This document shows positions 27,919-38,683 of a DNA stretch of 64,000 bases, one piece after another. The stretch covers positions 200,367 through 264,366 of the forward strand of contig NMRA01000521.1 in the NCBI GenBank assembly GCA_002633005.1, given 5' to 3'. The notes beneath the pieces were generated by a model. It did no database searches. It was not told where the DNA came from and saw nothing but the letters and a program-made list of their open reading frames with translations. Origin of the DNA: Phoronis australis. Lineage: Eukaryota; Animalia; Phoronida. How positions within the stretch are numbered: position 1 is the stretch's first letter; each line of letters starts with the position of its first letter. The position numbers were made by a program, and so were the translations under genes.

Positions 27919-27976
27919 CTCGTTCCCTCCTTTCTAAATATTCAGCTGCCTGTATAAGTTGAGCGATGTTCATCAT
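27919..27976 (-). CDS. MXD: Max dimerization protein (Mad/Mxd/Mxi1 family), coding exon 1: Sin3-interaction domain
   Basis: Minus strand reads MMNIAQLIQAAEYLERRER plus 1 nt, then donor GTTTGT. This matches the Mad/Mxi1 SID consensus (MNIQMLLEAADYLERRER). 58 nt, phase 1. Confidence 0.95.
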
Positions 27977-28260
27977 TTTAAAAAAATAAGGCTGGTGACT
28001 CAAACGTCCAAAGAGAAAGTTCGCCGTCGATCACAACTGTGGTTTGTTTTGCCTCGGCAAAAATGTCAGCATGAAACTTGACAGGAACGCAAACAAAAGC
28101 CTCATTTGAATGGGCGACACCCGCTATTTGTAAGACTGATTATGATTGGCCCATTTAAGTTTGAGTGACAGCATTTATGAAAATTGGTCATCTTCAGGTA
28201 CCGCTAATTCTCCATTATTTGCCACGTATTAATTTAAGTATCCAGACGTAAAGGCAACTT
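27977..28260 (-). promoter_or_regulatory. Putative Mxd 5'UTR and proximal promoter
   Basis: CpG-retaining region directly upstream of the ATG, with a minus-strand CCAAT box (GATTGG) near 28144. The TSS cannot be determined. Confidence 0.45.
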
Positions 28261-30585
28261 TTCACCAAAATCAAGTTGCAGCAGATAGCTGAATGTATAT
28301 AATTTAATATTGGCTTGTTCTTATCAATACATGAACCATGACTGTTGGACCACAAATTCGCAATTCACTAGATGTCTTGGTGGGGAATAAGCATAACTAA
28401 CGGTAACGCTAAACCAATGAAATTTCTGTTTATTAAATACAATATCATATGGAAATACCGCGCCCACATCGCTTTCCTGAAATCAACAACACACATGCTG
28501 GAGATCACACCGCCAAGCGGAAAACTCTGTAATGACTCACTCGCCCGACGTCATTCCCTTACGTCCCAACCTTGATGACTTGCGGTTTTGTTACGATACC
28601 ATTTGCAGATACAATTTATTGCCTTTTTTCTTATGTTGAACCGAGCAGTCTATATTGTGTTTACGCTGCGACAATAGAAACAACCACCGAATACACTGGC
28701 GATCTGGTTGTCGTTAGGGGGCAACCACTATTTCCCAAGAAAAAATGTCCGCGTAGTTTCAAAAAGCAGCAACTTATTTTTCTAGTTTTGTGCGAACTCA
28801 AGATAATCGCTTATCATGCTGTGTTCGAATACATTTACTGTTTATGTAGATGAGTTTCCATTCCTAGATCGCAATTTATGACTCCTAAATTGCCAGTAAA
28901 GCTTCAAACCCGCATAAAAATTTAAAATTTAGATTATAAAGTACAGATTTCTATTTTAGACTCGAATTTTACCCTTAAGCTGAGGTTATCAAGTACAAAC
29001 TAGGATTAGACAGGCATTCGCGTAAACCACAGTCTACTTGACCACAGAATAATAGACAGTTATCTTGATTCTGCTCAAGAAAGGAACAAAATAGTTTCAA
29101 TTTGGAGTGTACTAAGGACTAGACCCCAGGCCGCAGACTCACAGTACTGAAATGAAGCGCAGGTTCTCGTTTATTCTGAAAATCGAAACGTCAGGGCGGC
29201 GAAACGTCGATCCGGGTTTCAAAACGCCCATAACAAAACATGATAGTATTAAATTAATCTAATTAAATGTTGTTCAAAAAGTCTAAATTACGTTAACGCT
29301 CAGGACGCAGTCGTTCGTGAACTAAAAGCGATTAAGTGTGTAGTGCCAATAACTGAATTGCAAGTCCCATAGCTAAGGCAGTTGTTTAGAGTGCTTTTTG
29401 CTGCCACCTATTGTCCAATACAGGCAACAGGTTAGGTTTGTTTCCCGAACGGTATCTACCGCAAGCGTTTATTTTGAAAACATAATGCCTGAAATATTGT
29501 GAGTCAGTTTGGTTAAATTTTATGTTTTGCAAGTAGACCGAGCTAACAATAGACAAAAATGCTTTTCTTGACTCAAGATTGTATAGAATGCGTCACAGGC
29601 TCCTAAATCGGCCTACAGACCGAAACGTAAAGAATCGGTTTGATTTCAAGGCGAAAGGATACTGTAAGTTTCAATAACAACATATCCTGGCGTCGTTGAC
29701 GGATAATCAAACCAACATACACCTTGCCGGGATCCTAGTAAAAACAAGATTCCCACCTCGTAGTCACAGTGGTAAAACACTAACGATACAAGGGGGCTTC
29801 TGTGGCTGGCCGGGGGGGGGGCGATTTGACGCGGCCAATTCTGCTTCCGCACATTATTCTTTGCCGCGAAGCTGTTCTCTACACTAATATGCCGTTCCCT
29901 TCGGCCACCTGGTAGAATCTGTCCACGTACATTGTGAAAAGTCACTATCGCTATTCCCGCATTTGTCACAATTCTTCGTTAGGCACAGAATCATTTAACA
30001 AGTACTGCATTTATACTACGAGAATAAAATCTAAAATCAAATATTCCATTTTTAACAACGTTTGATAATAATATAGTGACAATACTATTGAACTCACATT
30101 GCGCATAACAATGCTCGGTTATCCTCGTATGACGAGAACCCGTTTGGATTGTTTTTACAATGATATTTGATAAACTGGATGACATCTGCATCATGCAGTG
30201 AGAGAAAGACATTTCATTTTCAGTTAGGATATTCAAATAATTTGCTAAAAAAAATAAAACAATAAGCGTCAGAGATTAACACGAAGATGGTGCTGCACCT
30301 AGATCAACGAGTTTGTCCGTGAATGGGGAAGCGGCGGGCAGAGAATGGAGTGCCCTAACAGGATTGGCCTGTGCCCGAGCATTGAAACATGTCCGCGAAA
30401 CGTGAGAATGGTCCAAGAAACATTCACTCAGTAATCCAACTCTTGCGCTCGTTATTATTTAGTTCCGGTCAGATTATCTCCATAGTCGGTACTTCAGACG
30501 AAAAAAACATGACAATAATGACATAGGCCTACTACTTGTATAATAAGGGGCATCAGAAACAATGCCAAGCGAAATTTTCTGCGTT

Positions 30586-30949
30586 TGATAATAAAGTCTG
30601 ATCCTCTTTCTCGTAAATAGTCCTTTTGCCGAACTTTATTGTTCGGATTCACGAAATGTCATCGGTTCCATGCTGTTCGGCAGTTGAGGTGATCCGGCTC
30701 GTGGACAAGACGGTCTTGCAGGGCCATGTGGTGACTGGTCCAAGACGATGAAATATGTATCCGATAGAGGGTGCTCGCGCTGACAAGCCCGAACCGCGCG
30801 GGTTTTATTGTGGTCGCATCGTTGTCCTCCGTCAACACTGCGTAACATGCCTGGATCTACATACACACTTATTTTCGTGAGTCCGCTCAATATAGTTCGG
30901 CAAAAGGACTACATGTATACGAGAAAAAGGACCAGACCAAGTTATTCAA
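30586..30949. mobile_element. ~360-bp palindromic MITE-like element
   Basis: 30597-30657 (GTCTGATCCTCTTTCTCGTA...TTGCCGAACT...TCACGAAA) is a near reverse complement of 30873-30937. No clear TSD; outer limits approximate. Confidence 0.72.
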
Positions 30950-30963
30950 TGAAAAAATATTGA

Positions 30964-31602
30964 AGTTATGATCATATAGCATCTTTGGACTGCACTGTAA
31001 TCATCAATAAAGTATATTTAAATGTAAACAATCAAATACCAAAATGTACTGCAAATTCCCTCCTGTCTTTCCATTGACCACAAGTGGATAACAACGAAGT
31101 TATCGAGGTGGTTGACTGGATGACTACGTACGGGTAGGTACTAATTGAGAGCAATTCACTCAAAATTGTAAACGCTCTCAGCACTGAAATCAACTCTATG
31201 TTTTCCATCCTCATCCTCGATGTCGGCCAGTCTTCAGAATACGGAATCGTTTCACCGATGTATATTTGCGTATCTTCAGATTTCTCGCTCACACTGCCTG
31301 CCTCGGCGACCGGCATAAAACAATAACACCAAGACGGTCCAATGTCCGGGGTTACACATGACTCTAACCGGAAGACTCCGGCCCTGGTGTAACTTGTACA
31401 TTTTAAGTGCATGGTGTTCATGACACAAATTAACACACATCTACGCGTATAACCCCAGGAAACTTGCTTGTCTAAAGTTCGATCTGTTAGAACACAAACC
31501 TTTTGAAATTAAAATAATCGCCATGGTAACGGTGAAGCATCTTGATTCTTGTGTATTCTATTTTCGCATTCTCAGACAAGAGTACAATATGATATCATAA
31601 CT
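30964..31602. mobile_element. Possible degenerate Kolobok-like element containing the 134-aa minus-strand ORF
   Basis: Inverted ends AGTTATGAT--CATA and TATGATATCATAACT, with TTGA/TAAA flanks each one mismatch from TTAA. Confidence 0.45.
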
Positions 31603-31743
31603 TAAAGATGCTATCTACATAATCTACTGTTGAAGTAGACCACTGTGATGCATAATCTACACGTGAACTGATCGTACTATTCATTGACTTTTCTGCAAGT
31701 TTCTTAACTAGCCTACGAATTAATGTACGACACATACCACTGT

Positions 31744-32950
31744 TAGACCGGCAGTCCAGAGCACTTAGCATAGATGAACGAGGTACCAACATCTGACCAC
31801 GGGAGCATTTAAAGTCCACCTCAGTATGTACAGAAATGGACGTCTGCCGTTGTCTGCACTCTGGCTGTGACCCCTGGGGGCCTTACAAAGAGCCCAAAAA
31901 TGAGCTAGACTAGATATTCGAGGTACCAACCAAAACTGCTTTAAAACGAACAATAGTACCGCACTGAACACCAAATGACCCATGACAGACAAATTGCACT
32001 CTGGAATAGGTCCGGCAGAAACCACAAAAAGGACCCCCCAAAAATGAGCTAGCACATACATTCGAGGTACCACACAAAACCAGTTCCAAGTGATTCAGTA
32101 AATGTCAAACCCCTATGACAGACAAAATACACTCTGGGTTGTGCCCGACAGAAACCCCCAAAAATCTCAACCATGGTATGCCATCAAAAATTTGAGCTAG
32201 ACTAGATTTTCGAAGTACCGGCCAAAACTGATTTAAAACGAACAATAGTACCGCACTGAACACCGAATGACCCATGACAGACAAATTGCACTCTGGAATA
32301 GGTCCAGCAGAAACCAAAAAAGGACCCCCCAATAATGAGCTAGCACATACATTCGAGGTACCACACAAAACCAAATCCATGTGATTCAATACATGTCACA
32401 GATCACTAAAACCCCTATGACAGACAAAATACACTCTGGATTGGGCCTGGCAGAAACCCCCAAAAATCTCAACCACGGTATGCCATCAAAATTTGATCTA
32501 GACTAGATTTTCGAGGTACCGGCCAAAACTGATTTAAAACGAACAATAGTACCGCACTGAACATTGAATGACTCATGACAGACAAACTGCACTCTGGAAT
32601 GGGTCCGGCAGAAACCAAAAAAGATCCCCCAAAAATGAGCTAGCACATACATTCGAGATACCACAAAAAACAATTACATGAGATTCAATGCATGCCACAG
32701 GTCACTAAATGCCCTATGACCGGCAGACAAAATACACTCTGGATTGTGCTTGGCAGAAACCCTCAAAAATCTCAACCACGGTTTGCCATTTTTGAGACAG
32801 TTAGATTTTCAAGGTATCGGCTTAAACTGATTTAAAACCAACAATCGTGCTGCATTGAACACCCAATGACCCGTGAAAGACAAATTTTACTCGGAAATAG
32901 TGGGCCAAAATCTCAGAAAGGACCTTAAAAAATGGAGGTACAATCGTCCA
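31744..32950 (+). repeat. Left TIR of the Academ-type element: ~300-bp tandem units, each a dimer of ~145-bp monomers
   Basis: The unit marker CTAGACTAGAT recurs near 31905, 32197 and 32498, and in degenerate form near 32797. TTCGAGGTACC, ATGACAGACAAA and CACTCTGG recur twice per unit. Inner boundary is approximate. Confidence 0.9.
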
Positions 32951-33429
32951 TGCAGCTTTCCCCTGCTAGTTCAAGTACTCGGGTGGGAAATCCAAACACC
33001 TGGACAACAAGGTGTTAAAAATTGCACCACGAAAATCGAAGTACACAATTGGTGACAAAAGTGGTGTATTTATTAAGTTAACTGCAAAAATCGGGACCAC
33101 AGGAAACAAAAGCTAATTATAAAAAACTTTCGTTCACTAAAGCCTGTGTTTACTCTCATGATCACTAAAAGCAAAAGCAGACGGGTGTCAAGATGTAAGA
33201 CAGTTTACTCGCTTAGTGGTAACTTTTTGAAGAAATGTTTACATGATGTCGAAGTTCAGTGTAGTGTATAGTGTTTGCAATGTTTTAGTTTCGCGGAGTC
33301 ATTTGTCGATGGCCGACATAATGTCTTCTGTGATAAAATACAAATCACCCCTAATTTGGTGCGCAGCCACGCGGTGGAGTCCCAATGGTATTTAAATAAA
33401 TATATAAACAACGATGCGTTTCGGTAACA

Positions 33430-34493
33430 AGGGGTCTCGCTGCAGCATTGCCTGAAAATTGCATACAATGACAGGGTGTGACGTCACAGCAGCACTGTTT
33501 AGGAAAGGGAAAGTGAGGCCTCTGGAAATCCTGATGAAAGACTCATCAGGGACACTTATCAGCTTCTTCTCAGAGGTAATAAGCGTAGATGTCCCAGACG
33601 GAAGAAAGTTAGAGAAAGACATATGCCTCCTATTTAATGAAGGGAGGAGTCAAAGATGTCAATGAAGCGCCGATATCTGAAATTAATAGAGATGACCGGA
33701 AAATGAACAAGGTAATAACTGTAATTGATAAAATATAGTTCATAAAAGCAAAGAAAATAATTTCAAAGGTTTTCATAGTGTTAAACCAAAATGCCCTGTT
33801 TCACGTCAAAAATCAGTAAATGGTGGTGAGATTTCATACGCGTACCCAGGGGGGCTCGGGAGGGGGCTCGAACGAGCCCCCCATTTGTCGAAGTGGGCAA
33901 AAAGGTCCGCCTCAGAAATAGTCCGTGGAAACGAGACAAAAGTCCACTAAAAAGGCACAGACGCACAGTTCACAGTACTGAAGGTGGTACCCCGTCTTTT
34001 TTTAGTCCTCCAACTTTTCTTTTAGCAAAAGGTCCACTTGGTCAGAAATTCGAGCCCCCCCAAAACTAGAGGCTGGATGCGCGCATGGGTTTTATGTTTT
34101 TGTTCGTAAGCTTTTAGACAATTGGTCCCTCATCAATAATTTTTTCTCCGATGTCCAACATCAAGAAGATTGACTGCGCATTGCTTCCTCCTTGCCGAAA
34201 GACACTATTGAACAAGCTTAAACGAGCCCATTATGTTGCCTTGCTCTGAGACCAAGCAGATTCGGCCGATCCGGGAAACGGTTTGGATCCCCTTACCTAC
34301 GGTTGGAAGGTACAAGATGGATACTATACTCCCGAATGGTTTTGTGGATCTACCGTTCCTGGTGTCCTTTTTGAAGGTGCTGGTCTTTTACAACTTAGAA
34401 AACCAAGCCGATCAAGAGGTAAAGGAAATGGGCTATGACGAATCAAGCGAGCCCGAATCAAGCTGGAGTAGCAGTGACGAATCTGATTATTGA
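33430..34493 (+). pseudogene. Decayed C-terminal part of the transposon's XPG/FEN1-like (H3TH) protein, two exons
   Basis: First exon reads GLAAALP/LHTMTGCDVTAALFRKGKVRPL...VKDVNEA/RYLKL across frameshifts, with donor AAG|GTAATA at 33711. Second part reads MSNIKKIDCALLPPCRKTLLNKLKRAHYVALL*DQADSADPGNGLDPLTYGWKVQDGYYTPEWF, with TGA at 34247 where W is expected. An acidic tail in another frame ends at 34493. Confidence 0.8.
33835..34087 (+). mobile_element. ~250-bp MITE (family A) nested in the intron of the Academ remnant
   Basis: Imperfect TIR CATACGCGTACCCAG...CTGGATGCGCGCATG. Flanks GATTT/GGTTT fit a 5-bp TSD with one mismatch. Homologous to the inverted copy at 57975-58210. Confidence 0.8.
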
Positions 34494-34984
34494 AACGTAT
34501 TAAAAACTAACAGGAAACTACTGTTGACATTAAACATATAGTATGTAGCTTGATACAGTGATTTTGACTATCTGTTACTATGCTGTTTGAAAGTGTTGCT
34601 CTATTTCATGTAGTTTGTTTTGATTAAAGAAGGTTTTTAAAAACATGTCTGTTACTTTTCTTTCAACGTATTGTTTAGTAGTCAATGAGATGAAAGGGTT
34701 CCTTGGAAATAATTTTCGTGGTTCCTCGATCTAGCGCAAATTTAGGGGCCATGTGTTGTCGCTGACGTACCTTTCTGCTGGCAGTTTTGATAGCGTTTTA
34801 CATTTTACACAATTTGCGTTCTTAAACTTCACTAAGTTCCTGGTATCCCAAAGTTTTACTGTTATCAGGTACTTTCCAAAATGCTTACTCTCCGCCATCA
34901 TCCATTTGACATCGAGTGTGAGAGTTTAGTAGACGCAAAAGTATAAGCTCATTATCTAATATGTCATATATATTCAAAATTACT

Positions 34985-36341
34985 GACCGGTAGTTGAGAT
35001 TTCTGGGGCTGGCGAGCACAACCCACACTGGGTTTTAACTGTCATGGGGTATTTGGTAACCAGTAACATCTATTTGAATCACATGGAATTGTTTATTGTG
35101 GTAACCCGAATGATGACCTAGCTTCTTTTCCGGTGTAATTGAGTTTCTGGCGAACGCCTTCCAGAGCACAATTTGTTGTCTGTCATGGTCATCTGGTGGA
35201 TTATTGGTTTTAAGTCAGTTTTAGCCGGTACCTCGAGTATCTAATGTACCTCAAAGTTTTGATAACATGTATTGTGGTTGAGATTTTTGAGGGTTTCTTC
35301 CAGGCACAATCCAGAATCCAGAGTATATTTTGTCTGTCATAGGGCATTTAGTGACCGGTGACATGTATTGAACCTCATGGAATTGGTTTTGTGTGGTACC
35401 TCAAATGTATGTGCATGCTAGCTCATTTTTTTGGGGGGGGAGGGTGGTCCTTTTTGGTTCTGCTGGACCGATTCCAGAGTGCAATTTGTCTGTCATGGGT
35501 CATTTGGAGTTCAGTGCCGTACTATTGTTCGTTTAAAATCAGTTTTGGCCCGTACTTCGAAAATCTAGTCTAGCTCAAATTTTTGATGGCATACCGTGGT
35601 TGAGATTTTGGGGGGTTTCTGCCGGGCACAATCCAGAGTGTAATTTGTCTGTCATAGGGCATTTAGTGATCTGTGACATGTATTGAATCATATGAAATTG
35701 GTTTTGTGTGGTACCTCGAATGTATGTGCTAGCTCATTTTGGGGGGTCCATTTTTGGTTTCTGCCGGACCCATTCCAGAGTGCAATTTGTCTGTCATGGG
35801 TCATTTGGTGTTCAGTGCGGTACTATTGTTCGTTTAAAATCAGTTTTGGCCGGTACCTCGAAAGTCTAGTCTAGCTCAAATTTTTGATGGCATACCATGA
35901 TGGCTGAGATTTTTGGGGGCTTCTGCCGAGCACAATCCAGAGTGTATTTTGTCTGTCATAGGGGTTTTAGTGATCTGTGACATGTATTGAATCACATGGA
36001 ACTGGTTTTGTGTGGTACCTCGAATGTATGTGCCAGCTCATTTTTGGGGGGTCCTCTTTTGGTTTCTGCCGGACCTATTCCAGAGTGCAATTTGTCTGTC
36101 ATGGGTCATTCGGTGTTCAGTGCGGTACTATTGTTCGTTTTAAATCAGTTTTGGTTGGTACCTCTAATATCTAGTCTAGCTCATTTTTGGGCTCTTTGTA
36201 AGGCCCCCAGGGGTCACACCCAGAGTGCAGACAACGGCAGACGTCCATTTCTGTACATACTGAGGTGGACTTTAAATGCTCCCGTGGTCAGATGTTGGTA
36301 CCTCGTTCATCTTATACTAAGTGCTTTGGGCTGCCGGTCTA
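34985..36341 (-). repeat. Right TIR of the Academ-type element (inverted copy of the array)
   Basis: Reverse complement of the left arm; the outer ~190 bp differ at only about 5 positions. Inner units are progressively more diverged. Inner boundary is approximate. Confidence 0.9.
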
Positions 36342-38540
36342 TGTGTCGGAATTCGCCAACCCACTCTGGTGACCCCTATCATACACGTACAGTTCGTAAC
36401 ATAGCGAGGTACTTTTTCCGTTCAGACGATTTGACACCTGGTCTACACGTACATGTACTTGTATTTCCGACGTACTATGCCATGTGTACAAACACCGCGG
36501 TTGGTCGTTGGCAGTAAGGTGGTTCAATACTTAACTGACTTCTGACACGAGTCGTCTGAAATTAACCTGACTTGTTTAAGGACACGCTGGACAGTCAACG
36601 GGCAGTAGGATAGAAAATGGTCATGTTTGCTGACCGAGCATAACTGTGAGGTGCGTGTACACGGCTTACCTAGAGAAAACTGTTAAAGTGTCGGGAGTTG
36701 TTAACGAGACTCCCGTAATCGCATGAGCTTTCGTTGCTTATTTTCTTGTGTGTTTAAACAATTAAACTTATTACTCGACGATAAATGCATTTAAAAAAAT
36801 AAAACGATAATGACGGTAAATTTCGTTCACTTTGTGCTCGTTTATCCAAATGCTGACCCTAAAGTCTGCTCATACACGCTCTTATCAACGACAAGCACTT
36901 TTCATCGGTCATTCTCCGTATGTTGGCGCTGATCTGACTTGCAAAGGTCTCAAGCGCTTCAAAAGCAACTTGACACTTTTTTGCAACCAATGCTTGTGTT
37001 CACGTACATCGGTGTCGTGATTGGCTTGAATTATTAACTTGATTGAATCATAAGAATGAATTATTCAATGGGCAAATATTTAAAAAAAAAACATTTTTTC
37101 CGAAAACATGGCGTTGGTGACTCCTAGAGTGGTACACGTACAGTGTGTTTTACTTAGAATACACACAACGCAGAAATTGTGTAGTATTGCTTTATTTTGC
37201 TGTTTCGAGTTGACGCCGATATTTGTTTCTGGTACTTTCGGCATGTTCTGCAACTACAGCAATATATCCAACAAGTGTTGCTTTGCACTTTCAACTGGTG
37301 TGTTGAACTTTAAACCAATTACATCGGCTGAAAGAATATAGTCTACGTGTCTTGAAACACGTAAACTGGCGTGGCCATATACACTGTTGTCTCTACAAGT
37401 CAGTATCAACGCAGACGAGATAATTTTAGCTTAATTTAAAAAACTAGTTTTCTCAACAGGAACTGGTTTTGTAGCAATACGACTTAGTTTATTGTTAACA
37501 CGTCAGAAGCTAAAAGTGCAAAGTTACGTACAGCAGCACTCGAAGAAACGGAATTTCTAGAAATCAATAGCAGGCGTGTTCATTGTGTTGACCACAGAAA
37601 ACGCGTTTTACTAATTGTTTGCTAAAGACCTCGACAACTTTCAGCCGAAAAGAAACTCGAGCACACTAAAAACACGCCAGAATTTTACATCATTTTTCCG
37701 ACTATAGCCGAATATTAGTGTGGAGAATTGCCCCACGAAATTCAATGTTGCTGTCTATAGATGTATTTCCGACACAAAGAGTCACCCCAGGGTCCCTGGG
37801 TTCAAAAAGGCCCAAAGTGATTTGTAACGTCACGGCAGTAATAAAAACATGCATCCTGGTGTCAAATTAATATCAGTATACCTGCGTCGGTAATTCAATT
37901 ACCCAGAGGTACAGCAGCATTGTGTCAGCGCTCCGCGAACGCATCTTTCTTTTTGCGCTGTGTACTTTCAGGAATAATGAAATTACTTTTTAAGCACGGA
38001 ATTCGCTAACTGTAACCAATTAGATTTTGTTTATTCTGGTGTATGTTATTAGCAAACATCCTCAAGTCATTGACTGACACCCCAGCAACAACGGATCTTG
38101 TGTCGGGGCATCAATATTAAGAGAATTTATGCATTTTGTCGTGTAAACTTGGCCATGATGTTTCACATGGAGTTGCCCAGTGTTATTAAATCACACAGAG
38201 CGATTAGTTTTAAAATTTAATATGAAAACAAAGCGACTAGATCTCCTCTTTTGACATTAACACCAATGCAACCGAGTGAATGCGCGCCTGATTTACCCCA
38301 ACATATTTGGTCTTAGGCAGAGAAGTGGTTCAGTAATCCATCTGTTATCTTGTTTACCAAGAAAGGTCCATCTACCAACCCGTGCCACGGAGGGTCACGG
38401 TGTGCTTCACCTCACCGCTACCCTTTCTCATTATGGTCCTTGACCTCCAACCGACACTAAAGTTTTCGACTCGTTTTCTCAAGCCTTCGGTGTTACTGAG
38501 CCCATGACGTAGCTGATAACGTATAGCCTGCCATCTTACT

Positions 38541-38683
38541 CAGTGGGCGGCGCAGCACTGAAAAAAGTGGGGGGCTAAAGCCCCCTCAGCCCCCCTGTGG
38601 TGCACCGCCTATAGTTCACGTGCGGCGTATCACTGAAAAAGTGGGGGTATAGCATCCCAGCCCCCTATGGTGCGCCACCCATG
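38541..38683. mobile_element. Head-to-tail dimer of the ~70-bp family B MITE
   Basis: Two tandem units (~38541-38614 and ~38617-38683), each the reverse complement of 51551-51619. One 5-bp TSD TTACT (38536-38540, 38684-38688) surrounds the pair. Confidence 0.8.

Larger units (their letters stand above)
31744..36341 (+). mobile_element. Academ-type (AcademX-like) DNA transposon, internally deleted and non-autonomous, 4598 bp
   Basis: Ends are TAGACCGGCAG and CTGCCGGTCTA, flanked by a 3-bp direct repeat TGT (31741-31743, 36342-36344). TIRs exceed 1 kb and the interior holds an XPG/FEN1-like coding remnant. TAG..CTA ends, a 3-4 bp TSD and an XPG domain are the described features of Academ. Confidence 0.85.

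Noticed and set aside
31245-31270. YIGET as a GIY-YIG endonuclease (Penelope) motif
   Set aside because: There is no properly spaced upstream GIY/VY motif, no downstream R..EH, and no reverse transcriptase nearby.
31896-32950. Regularly spaced repeats as a CRISPR array
   Set aside because: Units are ~145/300 bp and homologous along their whole length, with no unique spacers and no cas genes. The context is eukaryotic, and they are transposon TIR subrepeats.
35358-36517. Family of similar ORFs (MNHMELVLCGTSNVC..., also 31765-32389) as paralogous small genes
   Set aside because: They are translations of the tandem TIR units on mirrored strands, and frames are not conserved between units.
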